A program made the translations under genes and the position numbers. A stretch of 64,000 nucleotides of DNA, from NCBI GenBank assembly GCA_035502215.1, contig DATJUR010000122.1, positions 2,952-66,951 on the forward strand, given 5' to 3'. Shown one piece after another: positions 57,898 through 64,000 of the stretch (position 1 is the stretch's first letter; every line of letters begins with the position of its first letter). Source of the stretch: Acidimicrobiales bacterium (lineage in GTDB: Bacteria; Actinomycetota; Acidimicrobiia; Acidimicrobiales; RAAP-2). A model generated the notes under the pieces. It saw only the letters and a program-made list of their open reading frames with translations. It was not told the origin of the DNA and made no database searches.

Positions 57898-59718
57898 TTA
57901 GCCGAGGTCTCGAAGAGCCGAAGCCGGAGACATCCGAGCGGCGCGCCACCCACCGACTGCCCCCGCAATCACGCCGCCCAAAAGAGCTCCGAGGAAGGCG
58001 AGCAGGATGGTGAACGGTCGAATCGGGGCGGTCAGGTGAACGGTCCGGGCGATCGAGGCACTAGTCGTCTGGTGCAGGAGTCCGCTCAGGCTCGACGCGC
58101 CCACCGACAGCCCCGTGCTCGTCACGCTTAAGGCGGGTCCAACCGCACCAATGATCAGACAGATCACCGCGCCCAGTGCGATTCCGAGCACGCCCCCCAC
58201 GATGCCGATGCCGATCGTCTCAGCCATGATTTGGCGAACTACCCGCGCGCGTGACCACCCAATGGCCCGGAGCGACCCGATTTCCTTGACGCGCTTGGAC
58301 ACACTGGACAGCGTCAACAGACCGGCGATCAAGAACGCCGCCAGCAAGACGACCACGGCGAGCGCCCCACCGAGGTCGTTGGCCAGCTTGCGCGCGTTCG
58401 AGAGACTGCCAGTGACCTGGTCGGCCAGTGACGCCGATGTGAGAACCGTGGCGCCCGGTAGCTCCTTCTTGATTGCCTTGGCCACGCCGTTCACGTCCTT
58501 GGCGTTGGCTACCGACACAAGGACTTCGTTGATCCGACCCGTGTTGCTGGAGAGAGCTTGGAGATTTGAAATGCTGAAGTAGATGTCGGACACATCACCA
58601 GTCAACGTCGGGTTCACCAGACCGACAATCTTGTAACCGACCGAATTGATCGTGAGGGTCTCGCCGACCTTGAGGTCCTTCTGCGACGCGTACGCGGTGG
58701 TCACCAACACCTGAGACTTGGCGGTGGCGGGGTTCGAGGAGAGCCACGTGCCCTTGGTCAACTGCGCCTTGGTGACGAGTCCGGAGGACGTGTCCGAGGG
58801 ATTCACGCCGGCCACCGTGTACGTCGAAGTCTGGGTGTTGGTCGTGGGCGGGTTGAGGACCTCTTCCACCGTGCGTTCGGGCACCACGACGTTGGCCTCG
58901 TAGGACTTCTGGGCGGGCGTAAGACACTTGGCGAAAGCACTGTTCGAGCCGGCGCGGAAGCGAAAGCCCCCGCCACCGCCGAAGCCGCCGCCTGATCCTG
59001 TGCCGCTGGGAAATGTGGTCGTGGTCGAACCGAGTTGCTTGTTGATGATGTTCTCGATGCAGGTGCGCTCGGCGGCCTGTTGCGCGGCGGTGAGCACCGG
59101 CGGTTTGACCGAAGTTGAGATCGTCTGACCCCCGGTCTTCACCGACGCGGTGATCTTGGGCACGGTGCCGGTCTCGTGCAGTGCGTCCAGCGAGAGCGCG
59201 CCCACGGCGCTCGTGACGCCTTTGACCTTGGCCACGTCGCCAACGGCCTGCGAGGGGAACGTGATGAGCGTTCCTGGCACAAAGAAGTCGTGGGTGAACT
59301 TGGTCCCAGGCTTACCGAGCTTGGCCAGGTCGGTGATGACCGACGAGTTCGCCGCGGCGAGGGCTGCGGCATCACTCGAGTTCAAACTCGCGCCACCCCG
59401 TCCCGCAAAGAACCCGCCACCGCCGCCGAACCCACCACCGCCTCCACCACCGAATCCACCGCCTCCACCGCCAAAGGAAGGGGTGGTGGTCGTGGTCGTT
59501 GCAGTCGAGAGGGTGGGAGCCACCGTGCGAGTCACGATAATGGCTGTTCCCACTGAGTTAAGTGGTGAGAGTGCCTTGTTCTGGGCGTCACTCAGTCCCT
59601 GCGAGACACCGATGATGCCCATGACCAGACCGACGCCTGCCGCGAGTCCAATCGCGGTGACGATGGTGCGACCGAGCCGGCGACGAAGTTCATTCCACGC
59701 GTAACTAAAGGAGAACAA
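57898..59718 (-). CDS. MacB/FtsX-like ABC permease with Gly/Thr-rich extracytoplasmic domain
   Basis: ELRRRLGRT N-terminal TM, KRVKEIGSLRAIGW, WRAARMSPA; TTG 59718 with RBS. Confidence 0.9.
   Translation of the reverse strand: MFSFSYAWNELRRRLGRTIVTAIGLAAGVGLVMGIIGVSQGLSDAQNKALSPLNSVGTAIIVTRTVAPTLSTATTTTTTPSFGGGGGGFGGGGGGGFGGGGGFFAGRGGASLNSSDAAALAAANSSVITDLAKLGKPGTKFTHDFFVPGTLITFPSQAVGDVAKVKGVTSAVGALSLDALHETGTVPKITASVKTGGQTISTSVKPPVLTAAQQAAERTCIENIINKQLGSTTTTFPSGTGSGGGFGGGGGFRFRAGSNSAFAKCLTPAQKSYEANVVVPERTVEEVLNPPTTNTQTSTYTVAGVNPSDTSSGLVTKAQLTKGTWLSSNPATAKSQVLVTTAYASQKDLKVGETLTINSVGYKIVGLVNPTLTGDVSDIYFSISNLQALSSNTGRINEVLVSVANAKDVNGVAKAIKKELPGATVLTSASLADQVTGSLSNARKLANDLGGALAVVVLLAAFLIAGLLTLSSVSKRVKEIGSLRAIGWSRARVVRQIMAETIGIGIVGGVLGIALGAVICLIIGAVGPALSVTSTGLSVGASSLSGLLHQTTSASIARTVHLTAPIRPFTILLAFLGALLGGVIAGAVGGWRAARMSPASALRDLG
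59407..59475 (-). repeat. In-frame F(G)5-7 low-complexity repeat
   Basis: Encodes FGGGGGGFGGGGGGGFGGGGGFF. Confidence 0.85.
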
Positions 59719-60366
59719 GGGATACCTTCTGTGCTTGAGAGCCTCAACTACACCCGAAGAGTAATCATCACTCCATTGAGCGTGGAGAATTTCTGGGCTG
59801 TGGCCACGCATTTTTAGCCTCGTCTTATGCGAGCCTTACGAATCGCCCAGTCCGCCGAGTGGCCCCGACGCTCGAAGGTAACGCGATGCTAGGTCCCCGA
59901 CGCCTGCAAGCCCGGTGAGTGCCAATTGGTCGTGCGACGTTCACACTAAATTCGACACCCACTCTCGATGACGTTCCTCTTGCAAGAGGGTCCACACCTT
60001 GTCATAGTTAGGGAGTCGAGCCAACTTCGAAGTCGAAGAACATCCGGCGACGCGGTCCTAACCGTTCCCGACAGTGTTGACGACTCGAAGTCGGCACGGG
60101 GAGCTGATGAAGCGAGTTCGCGGAGTCGCAGAAATACTGAGTGAACCCATTGTCCCGCCCGACATCACCACTATCTACAGCGCACGAACCGAGGGCTCCT
60201 AAGAAGTCTCGTTCGTTCGAGCACATTAAGTCTGCGAACGCCGATTATTGTCGCTGTCAAGACCATGTGGGAGGCGCGACGTAATGTCCGTCGACTTATC
60301 GACGGGATGCCCACGGGAGTTGATCTCGGCGCCGCCAACAAGGACCACGCTGTTCAAGGAGTCACC

Positions 60367-60483
60367 ATGGCAGACAAATCACCGAATCAGCACAACGTCA
60401 AGAAAGTCGGAAAGTCGCTGAAGGAGAAGCGAAACCTCAAGCACGCTAAGAAGGAAGCGAAGAAGGGCCTCAGCTCGGGGTGA
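60367..60483 (+). CDS. Small lysine-rich protein (38 aa)
   Basis: RBS AAGGAG 5 nt before ATG; MADKSPNQHNVKKVGKSLKEKRNLKHAKKEAKKGLSSG. Confidence 0.7.
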   Translation: MADKSPNQHNVKKVGKSLKEKRNLKHAKKEAKKGLSSG

Positions 60484-60668
60484 TCAGCGGCGTCGCGGCC
60501 GCACTCACGTTTGGAGCACATGGGGCGAGCGACGGTGCCGGCGACGTAGTCACATGTCGAACGCGTCGCAGACCCGTTATTCAGGTTTCGCAACGTACAA
60601 AGGGTTAGTGGCGTCATCCGGCTAGAGTGCGGGAGCTGTTGGCCACGGCAAGTACGCTTGGCTCAGCG

Positions 60669-60699
60669 CGGAGCGAACTAGTCGCTCCGGCGTTTTTTT
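60669..60699 (+). promoter_or_regulatory. Hairpin plus T7 tract in csp leader
   Basis: CGGAGCGA-actag-TCGCTCCG followed by GCG TTTTTTT, downstream of -10-like TACGCT (60653-58). Confidence 0.55.
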
Positions 60700-60712
60700 A
60701 GGATTGAGTATC

Positions 60713-60913
60713 GTGGCGCAAGGCACAGTGAAGTTTTTCAACGCAGAAAAGGGATTCGGATTCATCTCGCGCGAGCAGGGTGACGATGTCTTCGTACATT
60801 TCTCCAACATCCAAGGTGAGGGCTACAAAACTCTCGAAGAAGGCCAACGCGTCGAGTTCGACGCGGCGCCGGGCAAAAAGGGTGAAGAAGCCCAGAACGT
60901 TCGCGTTATCTAA
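60713..60913 (+). CDS. Cold-shock protein (CspA family)
   Basis: [15 protein letters not shown] (RNP1), DVFVHFS (RNP2). Confidence 0.96.
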   Translation: MAQGTVKFFNAEKGFGFISREQGDDVFVHFSNIQGEGYKTLEEGQRVEFDAAPGKKGEEAQNVRVI

Positions 60914-61080
60914 TTCAGTTTGAGGGTAGTCGCAGTAGTCGCGCCCTTAATCGAGATTTTTCCCGGGGATGCGGTCAGTCACGACCGTTACATAATTCCT
61001 ATCGCGTCGTCACGAACCGACTTTTTGGGCTAACGGATACTAGATCACTCAATTTGAGAGATCTGAGTTGGTTGCGACGT

Positions 61081-61911
61081 CTAGTAGCGAGGTGGGCCCG
61101 AGGCGATGTACTCCCGCGCTTGGGCATAATCGAGATTGAAGGGGCCGGGACCTGTCAGAAACCAGGTGACTCCCGCGTCGGCCCACTCCACGTAACGCTC
61201 GTCCGGTCGATACATCATGTTCTCGTCGCGCTGTCCCCAAAGCGCGATATCGAAATGCCCGAGGTCCGCGCCCGCCTTCAGCAACCCCGCTTTGAGTTCA
61301 CTGATGTGCTCCGGCTCGGTCAACTGGATGACCATCATCCCCTGGTGCCGGGCGGCCCGACGAATGGGCGCAGGGTTCGGCCACCGACCGGCAGTCCAGA
61401 TCGGGATGCCGGTGGAACGATACGCAGTTGGCTGAAACGCTACGTCCTCGGCCTTCAGGAACTTGCCAGTGATATTCACCCTTTCGCCCGAGACCAATCC
61501 TTGAAAGATGGAGATTCCCTCGTCGAGGGCCTGTGCGCGCTCGGCGGTGCGCGTCAACTCGCCGAAGCAGGCGAGCTCGCCATCCGGATAGTCATCGCCG
61601 ATGCCAAAGCCCATGACGAGACGACCTTTGGAGAGGTGGTCGAGGGTGAGGGCCTGGCGCGCCACCACTTGAGGGCGGCGACGGATTAAGGGTGTCACCA
61701 TCGGGCCGAGCGTGATGCGCGAGGTCCGCGCCGCCATCAGCGTCAGGCAGATGTACGGATCCGCAATGTCGCGTACGGGCAGGGCATAGCGAATGTGGTC
61801 CCACACAAAGAAACCATCCCAGCCGGTGTCTTCGGCCAGCACGGCCAAATCGGACATTCGTTTGGCGTCGGCAAGACCATCGAATGGAGGGAGAAAGAGT
61901 CCGTATTTCAT
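61081..61911 (-). CDS. LLM class flavin-dependent oxidoreductase
   Basis: GWDGFFVWDH, LGPMVTP..RRRP, TLDHLSKGRL. Confidence 0.9.
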   Translation of the reverse strand: MKYGLFLPPFDGLADAKRMSDLAVLAEDTGWDGFFVWDHIRYALPVRDIADPYICLTLMAARTSRITLGPMVTPLIRRRPQVVARQALTLDHLSKGRLVMGFGIGDDYPDGELACFGELTRTAERAQALDEGISIFQGLVSGERVNITGKFLKAEDVAFQPTAYRSTGIPIWTAGRWPNPAPIRRAARHQGMMVIQLTEPEHISELKAGLLKAGADLGHFDIALWGQRDENMMYRPDERYVEWADAGVTWFLTGPGPFNLDYAQAREYIASGPPRY

Positions 61912-62167
61912 CTAACTATTGCTCCACGTGCGAGCCGACATTTGCCAGCCAACGAAGGAGTTGAGTGATCGCCGGCGAGAGCGGGTTGATAAAAGCACTG
62001 ACGTCACTGGACCGGTATTCGTGCGAACAGTCTGCCACCTGTAACACGACGCGGCCCAGGTAATCGCGAGTGCGAGTGTCGCGATCTTCGAGCGAAGAAC
62101 CGGCACCCTTGGCTCGGGCGACGGGCCCCCATCTAAGCGGGGGCTTGAGTCGCGGTACCTTTTGTCG

Positions 62168-62629
62168 ATGGCAGTACTCGCAAAGGACGACGCATGTGGC
62201 GGAAGCCTCGTGTCCCTCAGTCCTATAGAGGACGAGAGAGGTGTGGATAAGCCATCGCCGATCACCCGTTCCCTCGTCGTTGTGAGATGGGGTCAACGCG
62301 TACTGCTCGGCTTCAACGCTGGCCGCGAGCAGTGGGAGTTGCCCGGCGGAGCGCTGGAGTCGGGTGAGTCGCCTCACGAGGCGGCCATTCGCGAATTGGC
62401 CGAGGAAACGGGCATACGAGTCGATCGACTGGCCCTCGTTGCCCGAGCTGAGTTCATGTTCGAGAGCCAAGCGACCGTGCACCTGGCTGCGGTGTTCTCC
62501 CTTGGTCTTGATGGTGCTCCACATCTAGTTGAGAATGACGAGCTAACTGGTTTCATGTGGTGGGATCCAAGAGGCGATCTGTGCGAGGGGCTCTGTTTGC
62601 TAGACGCAGAAGTTGCTCGTCGCTGCTAG
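62168..62629 (+). CDS. Nudix hydrolase
   Basis: Nudix box GGALESGESPHEAAIRELAEETG. Confidence 0.88.
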   Translation: MAVLAKDDACGGSLVSLSPIEDERGVDKPSPITRSLVVVRWGQRVLLGFNAGREQWELPGGALESGESPHEAAIRELAEETGIRVDRLALVARAEFMFESQATVHLAAVFSLGLDGAPHLVENDELTGFMWWDPRGDLCEGLCLLDAEVARRC

Positions 62630-62757
62630 TGGCGACGGGTCGTGGGTGTCAAAGCAGTTATCGAGAGATTTTGGGCTTTGCTATCGTCGGCTCGATCGAC
62701 AGGTGCCTTGTGATCTTTCCGGTCAACGAAAGGTAGTTCCGAAAGGGTGGTCTTGCC

Positions 62758-63666
62758 GTGAACGTATTGCGCACTCCCGACAGTCGCTTCGAGGGTCTTC
62801 CCGAGTACGACTTTGCACCAAACTACGCCGATCTCTCCGACCAGGACGGAGGCGTACTTCGGGTTCATTATCTGGACGAGGGGCCGAGCGACGGACCCGC
62901 CGTCGTGCTGCTGCACGGCGAACCGTCGTGGTCATTCCTCTACCGGCACATGGTGCCCGTTCTGAGCGCAGCCGGACTGCGGTCAATCGTCCCCGACTTG
63001 GTGGGATTCGGTCGATCCGACAAGCCAACGCCTCGCAGTGAATACACCTACGCCCGTCACGTGGAGTGGATGAGATGTCTGCTCTTCGATCACCTCGGAT
63101 TGAGTGACGTGACATTGGTCGGTCAAGACTGGGGCGGCCTGATCGGTCTTCGCCTCGTCGGAGAGCATCCCGGGCGCTTCGCCCGAGTCGTGGCAGCAAA
63201 TACCTTCCTGCCCATCGGCGAGGGGACTCCCAGCGCCGCTTTCATGGCGTGGCGCACATACTCACAGGAGGTAGAGACCTTTCGCTGCGGCAACATCGTC
63301 AACGGGGGCTGCACCACTGATTTGTCACCCGAGGTCGTGAGGGCGTACGACGCGCCGTTCCCGGACCAGTCGTATGTCGAGGGGGCCCGTCAGTTCCCGG
63401 CGCTAGTTCCGATCACAGCCGACGACCCCGCCGCGGCCGCCAATCAGGCAGCGTGGGCGGTTCTCGAGACATTTGATCGGCCATTTCTCACCGCATTTAG
63501 TGATGGTGATCCGATCACCGCTGGACTCGACAGGGTCCTCCAGCAACGAATACCCGGGACGCGTGGGCAGCCGCACGTCACCATTCACGGGGGTGGCCAC
63601 TTCCTCCAAGAGGACAAGGGGCCAGAACTGGCTCGTGTCGTCGCCGATTTCGTGCGTTCGACCTGA
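62758..63666 (+). CDS. Haloalkane dehalogenase (HLD-I type)
   Basis: HGEPSWS, QDWGG (Asp nucleophile plus Trp), FSDGDP, GHFLQE. Confidence 0.93.
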   Translation: MNVLRTPDSRFEGLPEYDFAPNYADLSDQDGGVLRVHYLDEGPSDGPAVVLLHGEPSWSFLYRHMVPVLSAAGLRSIVPDLVGFGRSDKPTPRSEYTYARHVEWMRCLLFDHLGLSDVTLVGQDWGGLIGLRLVGEHPGRFARVVAANTFLPIGEGTPSAAFMAWRTYSQEVETFRCGNIVNGGCTTDLSPEVVRAYDAPFPDQSYVEGARQFPALVPITADDPAAAANQAAWAVLETFDRPFLTAFSDGDPITAGLDRVLQQRIPGTRGQPHVTIHGGGHFLQEDKGPELARVVADFVRST

Positions 63667-64000
63667 GTAGCTGGCTCAAGGTCTAAGCGGGTCACACGTA
63701 CCTCGCTCGACGTCGCCAGTGCGATTGAGGCGCACTGACCTCACTTGATGGTGACCGAATCGTGGAGCGTTCGGGCCCACGGGGTTGCGAAGCATCGCAG
63801 AGCGCTCGTCGAGGCGTACCAGGATGAGCGAGATCGCGAGGCAGAAATAGGTAGCGTCGAGTTAGAGGCGGGAGGCTGCACGGTGGCTTCGAGTGAAATT
63901 GGTGGACGTCCGTCCGGCGCGAGGCGCGAGCGTCGAGTTAGTTCGGACTGCGCCCGTGGCGTTTTACAGGCGGGATTGTTGTTCGTCGTCGTTGGAGTGA

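Overview
High-GC, gene-dense bacterial chromosome segment. It is most consistent with an actinobacterium (IdeR/DtxR boxes, furA-katG, leaderless genes, DUF6457/DUF6510-type genes); Acidimicrobiia is a guess, not established. No rRNA, tRNA, CRISPR array or intact mobile element was seen. 1-9 kb: acyl-CoA catabolic cluster (ACAD, two TetR, two family III CoA transferases, mmsA). 9-24 kb: TetR/MFS and MarR/MFS pairs, an orphan iron-binding protein with tandem IdeR boxes, furA-katG, an RHH/small ORF/DUF4097 operon and a PAS-GGDEF-EAL gene. 24-36 kb: polyamine-type and sugar ABC operons. 36-57 kb: a molybdenum-cofactor supercluster with biosynthesis genes (mog, mobA, moaD, moeA, moaE, moaA, a degenerate moaC), WtpA-type oxyanion uptake and three distinct molybdoenzyme modules: YdeP/FdhD/degenerate CDF/cytochrome bd; an exported MsrP-like enzyme with cytochrome b and a small Met/His-containing exported protein; and a cytoplasmic sulfite-oxidase-fold enzyme with an FNR-like reductase and a CxxC-CxxC protein. 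A BNR beta-propeller/ubiquitin-like protein pair of unknown function sits at its left edge. 57-64 kb: MacB-like ABC exporter, small basic peptide, cold-shock protein, LLM oxidoreductase, Nudix hydrolase and haloalkane dehalogenase. All calls come from motif recognition by eye; no database searches were run.
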